DNA of 58,415 bases, from NCBI GenBank assembly GCA_039798785.1, contig JBDKFG010000062.1:1-58415 (forward strand). The letters run 5' to 3'. The stretch is from Verrucomicrobiota bacterium (GTDB lineage: Bacteria > Verrucomicrobiota > Lentisphaeria > Lentisphaerales > Lentisphaeraceae). Each line of letters opens with the position of its first letter. The first letter of the stretch is position 1. Under the pieces are notes generated by a model. The model did no database searches, was not told the origin of the DNA, and saw only the letters and a list, made by a program, of their open reading frames with translations. A program made the position numbers and the translations under genes. Below, piece by piece: positions 9,884 to 17,169 of this stretch.

Positions 9884-9998
9884 CAAGCTCAAATGAACCG
9901 CAGAAGACGCCGAAGAACGCAGAAAGAGTGATTGGCAGAGTGAGTGACCGCTCACCTTTCTCCTTATCTTCGATTCTTCGTTCCTTCGAGAGATACAG
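9884..9998. repeat. Dispersed repeat B1 (CGCAGAAGA-type tandem arm ... TTCTTCGTTCCTTCGAG)
   Basis: Direct homology to 30025-30166 (CAAGCTC...CGCAGAAGACGC...GAGTGATxGGCAGA...TTCTTCGTTCCTTCGAGxGATACAG). Confidence 0.75.
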
Positions 9999-10132
9999 AT
10001 CGGAAAATGTTCTGAAGTTTGCCCCTGAAGGTGCGCAAGTAAGTCAGGAGGTGAGCTTCGGAGTCAAGGATGAAGTGGATGGAGTTGCACGAACGGTGGA
10101 ATCGCAAGTCATTCATCTGTATGTCATTATCT

Positions 10133-10161
10133 TTGCAATCCGGAAAATAAACATTCATTCT
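10133..10161 (+). promoter_or_regulatory. Putative sigma-70 promoter of the nrd operon
   Basis: TTGCAA-17 nt-CATTCT; GGAGG RBS downstream at about 10185. Confidence 0.5.
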
Positions 10162-10173
10162 TGCTTCATCTTT
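10149..10173. promoter_or_regulatory. Putative NsrR/Rrf2-type operator (site 1)
   Basis: AAACATTCAT-TCTTG-CTTCATCTTT; matches the sites at 18987 and 19053; overlaps the -10. Confidence 0.6.
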
Positions 10174-10196
10174 AAAATCCATCCGGAGGAAGAAGC

Positions 10197-12320
10197 ATGA
10201 TTGACACCAAGGTGCTGAAGCGCGACGGCCGCGACGAGCCGTTCCACCCCTACAAGATCGGCGACGCCATCGCCGCGGCCTTCAGGAGCGTCGGCAAGGA
10301 GCTCGACGGCGGAGTGCTGATCCAGGTGCTCGCCAGTCTCGAGGCGCAGGCGGCGGCGCGGCCTCAGGTCGAGGCGATCCAGGACCTGATCGAGCGCAGC
10401 CTTTTCGACCGCGGCCATTTCGAGGTGCTGCAGAGCTTCACCCGCTACCGTTTCCTGCACAAGATGCAGCGCGAGCGGCTCGGCGGCGCCAATCCCGGCA
10501 CCACCTACGTCGATTGCGTCCAGACCATCGACGAATACGTCAGCGGCACCGACTGGCGGATCAAGGCCAACTCCAACACCTCCTACTCCAATGCCGGCCT
10601 GATCAACAACACCGCCGGCAAGGTGATCGCCAACTACTGGCTCGACCGCGTCTACACCCCGGAGGAAGGCCGCGCCCACCGCGAGGGCGACTATCACATC
10701 CACGACCTCGACGTCCTCGCCGGCTACTGCGCCGGATGGAGCCTGCGCCAGCTCCTCAACGAAGGCTTCAACGGCGTTCGCGGACGGGTCAGCTCGCGTC
10801 CGCCGCGCCACCTGCGCGAGGCCCTCGGCCAGATGGCCAACTTCCTCGGCATCCTGCAGAGCGAATGGGCCGGTGCCCAGGCCTTTTCCAGTTTCGACAC
10901 CTATCTCGCTCCCTACGTCTTCAAGGACCAGCTTCCCTACGCCGAGGTGAAGAAGGCGATCCGCAGCTTCGTCTACAACCTCAACGTCCCCGCCCGCTGG
11001 GGCCAGTCGCCCTTCACCAACATCACCCTCGACTGGACTGTGCCGCGCGACCTCGCCGAGCACCGTCCGATGGCGGACAACGCGCCGCTCCTCGCCGGTC
11101 TTGCGGAGCCCGCACTGCTGCGCCTGGCACAAGAGCGCGGCGTCGACTCGCCCGAGGAGCTCAGCTACGCCCACTTCCAGCCCGAGATGGACCGGATCAA
11201 CCGCGCCTTCTACGAGGTGATGACCGAGGGCGACGCGCAGGGCCAGCCCTTCACCTTCCCGATCCCGACGGTGAACATCACCGAGGACTTCGACTGGAAC
11301 GGCCCCAACACCGACGTCCTCTTCGACAACACCGCCAAGATCGGCTCGAGCTACTTCCAGAACTTCGTCGGCTCGCAGTACCGCCGCAACCCCGTCAGCG
11401 GCGCGCTCGAACCCGATCCCGACTCCTACAAGCCGCACGCGGTGCGCTCGATGTGCTGCCGCCTCCAGCTCGATTTGCGCGAGCTGCAAAAACGCGGCGG
11501 CGGCCTCTTCGGCTCGGCCGAGATGACCGGCTCGATCGGCGTCGTCACCATCAACATGGCCCGCCTCGGCTACCTCCACCGCGGCGACCTCCCCGGCCTG
11601 ATGGTCTCGCTCGAACGCCTGATGGACCTCGGCTACTCGACCCTCGAGAAGAAGCGCGCCTTCATCACCCAGCTCTTCGAGCGCGGCCTCTACCCCTACA
11701 CCAAACGCTACCTGCCCGGCTTCCGCAACCACTTCTCCACCATCGGCGTCAACGGCATGAACGAGATGCTGCGCAACTTCAGCGGCGACAGACTCGATCT
11801 GACCCAGCCCGAGGGCCGCCTCTTCTGCGCCCGCATCCTCCGCTCGATGCGTGACCGCATCCGTGGCTACCAGGAGAAATCCGGCCACCTCTACAACCTC
11901 GAGGCCACCCCCGCCGAGGGCACCACCTACCGCTTCGCCCGCGAGGACAAGAAGCGTTTCCCCGACATCCTCCAGGCCGGCGATGCGCAGGGCATCTACT
12001 ACACCAACTCCTCGCAGCTGCCGGTCGACTTCACCGACGACCCCTTCGAGGCGCTCGAGCTGCAGGACGAGCTGCAATGCCTCTACACCGGCGGCACCGT
12101 GCTGCACCTCTACATGAGCGAACCCTTGCGCTCGCCGCAAAGCTGCCGCGAACTGGTCCGGCGCGTCGTCGGCCGCTTCCGCCTCCCCTACATCACCGTC
12201 ACGCCGCTCTTCTCGGTCTGCGACCGCCACGGCCGCCTCCCCGGCGAACACGAATTCTGCCCGAAATGCGACGAGGAACTGCTGGCGGCGCATCGAGGTT
12301 GCGCCTCGGCCGCGACTTGA
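10197..12320 (+). CDS. nrdD: Class III (anaerobic) ribonucleoside-triphosphate reductase, large part (ATP cone, catalytic core, Zn site; no glycyl-radical loop)
   Basis: VLKRDG ATP cone, HIHDL, YCAGW, SMCCRL, NLEATPAEG, YYTNS, CDRH...CPKC. Confidence 0.95.
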   Translation: MIDTKVLKRDGRDEPFHPYKIGDAIAAAFRSVGKELDGGVLIQVLASLEAQAAARPQVEAIQDLIERSLFDRGHFEVLQSFTRYRFLHKMQRERLGGANPGTTYVDCVQTIDEYVSGTDWRIKANSNTSYSNAGLINNTAGKVIANYWLDRVYTPEEGRAHREGDYHIHDLDVLAGYCAGWSLRQLLNEGFNGVRGRVSSRPPRHLREALGQMANFLGILQSEWAGAQAFSSFDTYLAPYVFKDQLPYAEVKKAIRSFVYNLNVPARWGQSPFTNITLDWTVPRDLAEHRPMADNAPLLAGLAEPALLRLAQERGVDSPEELSYAHFQPEMDRINRAFYEVMTEGDAQGQPFTFPIPTVNITEDFDWNGPNTDVLFDNTAKIGSSYFQNFVGSQYRRNPVSGALEPDPDSYKPHAVRSMCCRLQLDLRELQKRGGGLFGSAEMTGSIGVVTINMARLGYLHRGDLPGLMVSLERLMDLGYSTLEKKRAFITQLFERGLYPYTKRYLPGFRNHFSTIGVNGMNEMLRNFSGDRLDLTQPEGRLFCARILRSMRDRIRGYQEKSGHLYNLEATPAEGTTYRFAREDKKRFPDILQAGDAQGIYYTNSSQLPVDFTDDPFEALELQDELQCLYTGGTVLHLYMSEPLRSPQSCRELVRRVVGRFRLPYITVTPLFSVCDRHGRLPGEHEFCPKCDEELLAAHRGCASAAT

Positions 12321-12334
12321 ATCAGACCAGAATT

Positions 12335-12430
12335 GCCCTGAAAGGGCAGCCAGATCTTAGCCCGGGGTGAAGCCGAGGAACGAGGCGCAACCCCGGGTAG
12401 ACAGCAATAGAAATCGAGCCCTGAAAGGGC
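12335..12430. repeat. REP-like element: two GCCCTGAAAGGGC hairpins flanking a CCCGGGGT/ACCCCGGG stem
   Basis: GCCCTGAAAGGGC at 12335-12347 and 12418-12430; inner stem 12361-12368/12390-12397. Confidence 0.8.
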
Positions 12431-12464
12431 GACCTGAAACCCACCGAAACCCAGGAGAAAGATC

Positions 12465-12644
12465 ATGAAAACTGAAACCCGCGATGACATCCTTGAGCGC
12501 CTCGCTTCGCAGCGTCGCCGCTGCACCGTCTACACCCGCGTCATGGGCTACCACCGCCCGGTGGAGAGCTTCAATATCGGCAAAAAAGGCGAGTTCCGGC
12601 AACGCCGCCATTTCTGCGAGAGCGCTTCTTGCTCCAATTCTTAA
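12465..12644 (+). CDS. nrdD: Stand-alone NrdD glycyl-radical subunit, 59 aa (not in ORF track)
   Basis: Manual translation MKTETRDDILERLASQRRRCTVYTRVMGYHRPVESFNIGKKGEFRQRRHFCESASCSNS; RVMGY radical motif; AGGAG RBS. Confidence 0.92.
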   Translation: MKTETRDDILERLASQRRRCTVYTRVMGYHRPVESFNIGKKGEFRQRRHFCESASCSNS

Positions 12645-12657
12645 TTCTTAATTCCCG

Positions 12658-13335
12658 ATGTTCTCCTCCCTCACTCACTTCACCGCCCAGGACTGGCCGG
12701 GCCGGCTTGCCGCCATCGCCTGGGTGGCGGGCTGTCCGCTGCGCTGCCACTACTGCCACAATCCCGAGCTCGCCCTCGGCAAGGGCAGCCTGGCGGAGGA
12801 GGAAGTGCTGGACTTCCTGCGGCGCCGCCAGGGCCTGCTCGACGGCCTCGTCCTCTCCGGCGGCGAAGCCACCCTGCTGCCCGGCATCGACGGCTTCTGC
12901 CGCCGCGTCCGCGAGCTCGGCTTCAAGATCAAGCTCGACACCGCCGGCACCCGTCCCGAAGTGCTCAAGCGGCTGCTCGAGGAGAGACTGCTCGACGCCG
13001 TCGCCCTCGACTTCAAGGCGCCCAACGCCGAGGCCTTCGCCCGGGTCACCGGACGCCGCGGCTCCTTCGACGCCTTCCGCCGCAGTCTCGAACTGGTCCT
13101 TGATGCCGATCTCGACTATTGCGAAGTCCGCAGCACCTGGCACGCCAGCCTGCTCGCGCCGCAGGAGCTCGACGCCATCCTCGATGAACTCGAGCGCCGC
13201 CGCTTCCGCGGCACCTGGGCGCTGCAGCACTTCCGCCGCCCGCCCTCCGGACGCATCCTCGGCGATCTGCCCGAGCATCGCCCGGCAGCCTTCAACCCCG
13301 GCCCACGTCCCTTCACCGTCCTCGTCAGAAACTGA
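12658..13335 (+). CDS. nrdG: Anaerobic RNR activating radical-SAM enzyme
   Basis: GCPLRCHYCHNP, SGGEA, KLDT; follows nrdD. Confidence 0.92.
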   Translation: MFSSLTHFTAQDWPGRLAAIAWVAGCPLRCHYCHNPELALGKGSLAEEEVLDFLRRRQGLLDGLVLSGGEATLLPGIDGFCRRVRELGFKIKLDTAGTRPEVLKRLLEERLLDAVALDFKAPNAEAFARVTGRRGSFDAFRRSLELVLDADLDYCEVRSTWHASLLAPQELDAILDELERRRFRGTWALQHFRRPPSGRILGDLPEHRPAAFNPGPRPFTVLVRN

Positions 13336-13346
13336 ACAACAAGATC

Positions 13347-13439
13347 AACCACGAAATACACCAAACACACGAAAAGAGCCGCAGAGAGGCTGCCCTCATC
13401 ACCTCATCATCTTTCGTGTCTTTCGTGTCTTTCGTGGTT
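13347..13439. repeat. Tandem-9-mer hairpin A1, (CACGAAAxA)3...(TxTTTCGTG)3
   Basis: AACCACGAAATACACCAAACACACGAAA / TTTCGTGTCTTTCGTGTCTTTCGTGGTT. Confidence 0.9.
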
Positions 13440-13461
13440 CCAAAACCCCAGGAGACCTCCC

Positions 13462-13989
13462 ATGACCCAGATCCAGACCCAGACCATCGCGCAGCACTTC
13501 GGCATCACCCAGCTCTGCGACTTCATCGAGGCCAGCCACCACAGCTATCTCAACCAGGCCCTGCCCGAGCTGCGCCAGCTCGCCGCCCGCGTCAACCAGC
13601 GCCACGGCGACAAGGACGCCGAGCTGCGCGAACTCTGCCTCCTCACCGAGGCGGTCGCTCTCGAGCTCGCCGATCACCTGCTCAAGGAGGAGCGCGTCCT
13701 CTTCCCCCACTGCCGCGCCATGGACGCCGCCGGCGGACCCGTCCCCTTCCACTGCGGCACGGTGCACAGTCCGATCGCGGTGATGCTCGCCGACCATGGC
13801 GACACCCTCGAGGCCCTCGCCAACATGCGCCAGCTCAGCGCCGGATTCGTCCCGCCCGAGTGGGCCTGCCCCACCTACCGCCGCTTCCTCGCCGGACTCG
13901 AAATCTTCGAGTCGGACACCCTCGAGCACATCCGCAAGGAAAACGAACTGCTCTTCCCGCTGGTGCTGGAACTGCAAGACCGAAGCTGA
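13462..13989 (+). CDS. ric: Hemerythrin-domain iron-sulfur repair protein (Ric/YtfE/ScdA-like), lacking the N-terminal ScdA domain
   Basis: HHSYL, HLLKEERVLFP, SPIAVM..DH, ACPTYR, HIRKENELLFP. Confidence 0.85.
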   Translation: MTQIQTQTIAQHFGITQLCDFIEASHHSYLNQALPELRQLAARVNQRHGDKDAELRELCLLTEAVALELADHLLKEERVLFPHCRAMDAAGGPVPFHCGTVHSPIAVMLADHGDTLEALANMRQLSAGFVPPEWACPTYRRFLAGLEIFESDTLEHIRKENELLFPLVLELQDRS

Positions 13990-14000
13990 AAACAAGATCC

Positions 14001-14111
14001 ACCACGAAATACACGAAATACACGAAAAAGCAGCAGAGAGACTGGAGTTGCAAGGCTCCCCGCTGCGCTCATCCGATCACTTCTTTCGTGTGTTTCGTGT
14101 ATTTCGTGGTT
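14001..14111. repeat. Tandem-9-mer hairpin A2
   Basis: ACCACGAAATACACGAAATACACGAAA / TTTCGTGTGTTTCGTGTATTTCGTGGTT; shares flanks and interior with A1. Confidence 0.9.
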
Positions 14112-14145
14112 CCAACTTTGCTTTTACGCTCAATCAGGAGCTCCC

Positions 14146-15333
14146 ATGAACGAACTCGATCTCTCCGCTCTCGGCGAATTGCCGCAGAAGAAGCGCTTCG
14201 CTCCGCCCGCCTTTTTGGCGATGGGCTTCCGCCCCTTCTTCTTCGGCGGCGTCCTCCTCGCCGCCCTCGCGCTGCCCCTCTGGACCCTGGTGCTTCATGG
14301 CGGCTGGGGCGCCTCGCTGATGCCGCCGCAGCCCGGCTGGCACGCCCGCGAGATGCTCTACGGCTTCGGCCTGGCGATCGACGCCGGCTTCCTCCTCACC
14401 GCGATCGTCAACTGGACCGGCCGCACCACCACGACGCCACTCGGCCTGGCCGGACTTTTCTGCCTCTGGCTGCTCACCCGCGCCCTCAGTTTTGGCGGCG
14501 CTTCGCCGCAGCTCATCGCCATTGCCCACGGCCTCTTCGTGGCCGCCTTGGCCTTCACTTGCGCCCGCCCCTTGTGGCAAAGTGCGGGACAGCGGCGCAA
14601 TCTGCTCATCTTCATCCCCATCCTGTCGCTGCTCGGGCTCGGCGGCGTGATGTCGCTGCTCGCCGAGGATCCCCATCCCTGGCTGCTCGCCGGCCTCGAC
14701 CTGCACCTGCTGCTGATCCTGGTGATGGCCGGCCGCGTCGTCCCCTCCTTCACCGCGGTGATGATCCCCGGCTGGACGCCGCAGCGTTTTCCCCGACTCG
14801 AGAAGGCGGTCGCCGCCAGCTTCGTCCTCGGCGTCCTGCTGCAGATGGCCGGTCTGCCCTTGCCCGCCGCCGTCGCCTTCGTCTTCTCCGGCTGCTGTCT
14901 ACCCGTTCTGCTGCGCGGACTCTGGCACCGCGACGTGCTGGGAATTCCGATGCTGTGGGTGCTGCACATCGGCCTGGCGCTGATGGTTCCCGGCCTGCTG
15001 CTGCGTGCCGCCGCCCTGTGCGGCTGGCTGCCGCTCGACGCCGCGGTCCACTGCCTCGCGACCGGCACCATGAGCGTGGTCATTTTAGGCATGATCTGGC
15101 GCGTCACCCTCGGTCACGGCGGCCGTCCGATCCAGGCCGGACGCCCCGGCAAGACCGCCTTCGTGCTGATCATCGCCGCCGCGCTGCTGCGCACCGCCGC
15201 GCCCTTCCTTCCGGAGCTCAGCCGCTGGCTCCATTCCGTCGCCGGCGTCGCCGCCAGCGTCGCGCTGCTGATCTATCTCGGCGTGCATGGCCGCAGCCTG
15301 TTCCAGGCGCGGGCCGACGGCAAGCCGGGGTGA
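14146..15333 (+). CDS. nnrS: NnrS family membrane protein (NO response)
   Basis: GFRPFF, WHAREMLYGF, GFLLTA..NWTG, GRVVPSFT, LWVLH, RVTLGHGGR, RADGKPG. Confidence 0.93.
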   Translation: MNELDLSALGELPQKKRFAPPAFLAMGFRPFFFGGVLLAALALPLWTLVLHGGWGASLMPPQPGWHAREMLYGFGLAIDAGFLLTAIVNWTGRTTTTPLGLAGLFCLWLLTRALSFGGASPQLIAIAHGLFVAALAFTCARPLWQSAGQRRNLLIFIPILSLLGLGGVMSLLAEDPHPWLLAGLDLHLLLILVMAGRVVPSFTAVMIPGWTPQRFPRLEKAVAASFVLGVLLQMAGLPLPAAVAFVFSGCCLPVLLRGLWHRDVLGIPMLWVLHIGLALMVPGLLLRAAALCGWLPLDAAVHCLATGTMSVVILGMIWRVTLGHGGRPIQAGRPGKTAFVLIIAAALLRTAAPFLPELSRWLHSVAGVAASVALLIYLGVHGRSLFQARADGKPG

Positions 15334-15439
15334 AGCTGAGTTCCTTGACAGCCATGATCCGACTCGGCCAGAGATGCTCGAGCCGAGGAGCGGCAGAGCA
15401 CAGCCGGCGGGACGCCGGCGATCCAGTTGGGGAGCAACA

Positions 15440-15473
15440 GAAAGCCCCGCAGCCAAGAGCTGCGGGGCTTTTC
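15440..15473. terminator. Bidirectional terminator between convergent nnrS and cytochrome c genes
   Basis: GAAAGCCCCGCAGC-CAAGA-GCTGCGGGGCTTTTC. Confidence 0.85.
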
Positions 15474-15487
15474 GTGGGCACAAGGCT

Positions 15488-15850
15488 TCATTTGCCGCTT
15501 TGCTGGTAGTAGCGCACCAGCAGTTCGGCATCGGCCTGGCTGAGAGTGGGGTGGGCGGGCATGACCACGGTGGGGGTGGCGGCGCCGTAGTTGGTGGGGC
15601 CGGTGTAGCCCTTGATCACGGCTTCAACCGCCTTTTTGAAGGCGGCTTCGTCGTTGCCGATTTTTTTGGCGATGGCTTTCACCGAGGGGCCGACGCCGTT
15701 CTGACGGGGCAGGTGGCAGGCGTTGCAATCGGTCTTGGCGAGCAGTTCCTTGGCGGCTTTGACATCGACCTTGGCGGCTTCGGGAGCAGGATCAGCGGCT
15801 AAGGCGGCGCCAGCAAGACCGAAAAGTGTGGGAATGAGGAGCATTTTCAT
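15488..15850 (-). CDS. Periplasmic monoheme class I cytochrome c (c551/c552-like)
   Basis: Signal peptide, CNACH, VGPS, distal MPAHP. Confidence 0.88.
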   Translation of the reverse strand: MKMLLIPTLFGLAGAALAADPAPEAAKVDVKAAKELLAKTDCNACHLPRQNGVGPSVKAIAKKIGNDEAAFKKAVEAVIKGYTGPTNYGAATPTVVMPAHPTLSQADAELLVRYYQQSGK

Positions 15851-15897
15851 GGGCAGGTCCTTTTGTTGTGTTGGGGGGAGTTTGTGGCTTTCAGGCT

Positions 15898-17133
15898 TCA
15901 GTGATCATCCGGCAGTTTCGTCGCCGCGCCGGGGGCGCGGGCGTGGCCGAGTTCGATGCTGAGGGCGGCGCGGATCAGGAGGGTCATGATCAGCAGGCCG
16001 AGGGCCCAGATGCCGATGGTGACGAGGATCTCGGGGGTGCTGGGGTGGTATTCGACGATTTCGCCGAGGGGCGAGGGGATGAAGCCGGGGATGATAAGGC
16101 CCATGCCCTTCTCGATCCAGATGCCTATGAAGATGAGGGCGCAGGCGAGGGTGCGCCAACCTTCTCGTCGACGGGTGAGGTGGACGGTGAGAAGAAGGGT
16201 GCCAAGGATGTTGAGGCCGATGCCGGTCCAGATCCAGGGCACCAGGGCGTCGTGCCCTTGGTAGCCGAAGAAGAGGTAGCGGGCGCTGATCCCGTGGTGA
16301 GAAGGGAAGTAGAATTCGACAAAGGCCTCGGAGCCGAGCATGATCAGGTTGGCCTGGGCGGCGATGGTGACGATCAAGGCAAGCTTGCGGAAGAGTTCGC
16401 TGCCGATCTTGTAACTGCTGAACTTGTGGATCAGCAGCAAGGTGATGAGGATGAAGGCAGGGCCGCCGGCGAAAGCGGAAGCCAGGAAGCGGGGGCCGAG
16501 GAGTGCGGTGTGCCAGAAGGGGCGGGCGACCAGCGAGGCGTAGAGGAAGGCGGTGACCATGTGGATCGAGCAGGCCCAGAAGACCGAAACGAACATCAAG
16601 GGGACGTAGAGCTTCTTGTTGGGATGGCGGCCGTTCCAGTGGCTCCACAAGATGTAGGCGGGGACGAAGATGTTGAGGGCGAGATAGCCGTTGAGGACGA
16701 TGACGTCCCAGGTCAGCATCGAGTTCGGCCAGTTGAAGTAGCCGATCTTGGGGATCAGGTGCCAGGCGTTCTGCGGCGAGCCCATGTCGGCGGTGACGAA
16801 GCAAAGGCACATGATCAAGGCGCCGACGGCGATGCCCTCGCCGATCAACACGGCGCGGGAGAAGTCGAGGTCTTTGAGAACGTAGGCCGGCATGACCAGC
16901 ATCACCGCGCCGGCGGCGAGGCCGACGAGGAAGGTGAAGTTGGAGATGTAGAGGCCCCAGCTGACGTGGTCGTTGAGGCCGGTGACGATCAGGCCGTGGC
17001 GGAGCTGCAGGGTGTAGGCCCAGGCGCCGATCAGGATCAGCAGGCTGAGGAAGCCGGCCCAGAGGTAGAAGCTCGGGCCGCCGCGGGTGGCGGCAGTGAA
17101 GCAATCGCGGAGGAAGTGGAGGGGTTTTTGCAT
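15898..17133 (-). CDS. NrfD/PsrC/DsrP-family membrane quinol-interacting subunit
   Basis: TGLNDHVSWGLYISNFTFLVG, DMG.P, WD, PRFLASAF, W.EK; about 10 TM helices. Confidence 0.9.
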   Translation of the reverse strand: MQKPLHFLRDCFTAATRGGPSFYLWAGFLSLLILIGAWAYTLQLRHGLIVTGLNDHVSWGLYISNFTFLVGLAAGAVMLVMPAYVLKDLDFSRAVLIGEGIAVGALIMCLCFVTADMGSPQNAWHLIPKIGYFNWPNSMLTWDVIVLNGYLALNIFVPAYILWSHWNGRHPNKKLYVPLMFVSVFWACSIHMVTAFLYASLVARPFWHTALLGPRFLASAFAGGPAFILITLLLIHKFSSYKIGSELFRKLALIVTIAAQANLIMLGSEAFVEFYFPSHHGISARYLFFGYQGHDALVPWIWTGIGLNILGTLLLTVHLTRRREGWRTLACALIFIGIWIEKGMGLIIPGFIPSPLGEIVEYHPSTPEILVTIGIWALGLLIMTLLIRAALSIELGHARAPGAATKLPDDH

Positions 17134-17169
17134 AAATGGAACCTTTTGAATTCTTAATTTCTGGTTACT

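Noticed and set aside
9873..9886. FNR-like box TTGATCTGAAGCAA
   Set aside because: One mismatch, about 310 bp from nrdD, and lies within the dispersed repeat homology
13347..14111. A1/A2 as a CRISPR array or integron attC sites
   Set aside because: No repeat-spacer periodicity or cas genes; no RYYYAAC...GTTRRRY cores and no integrase
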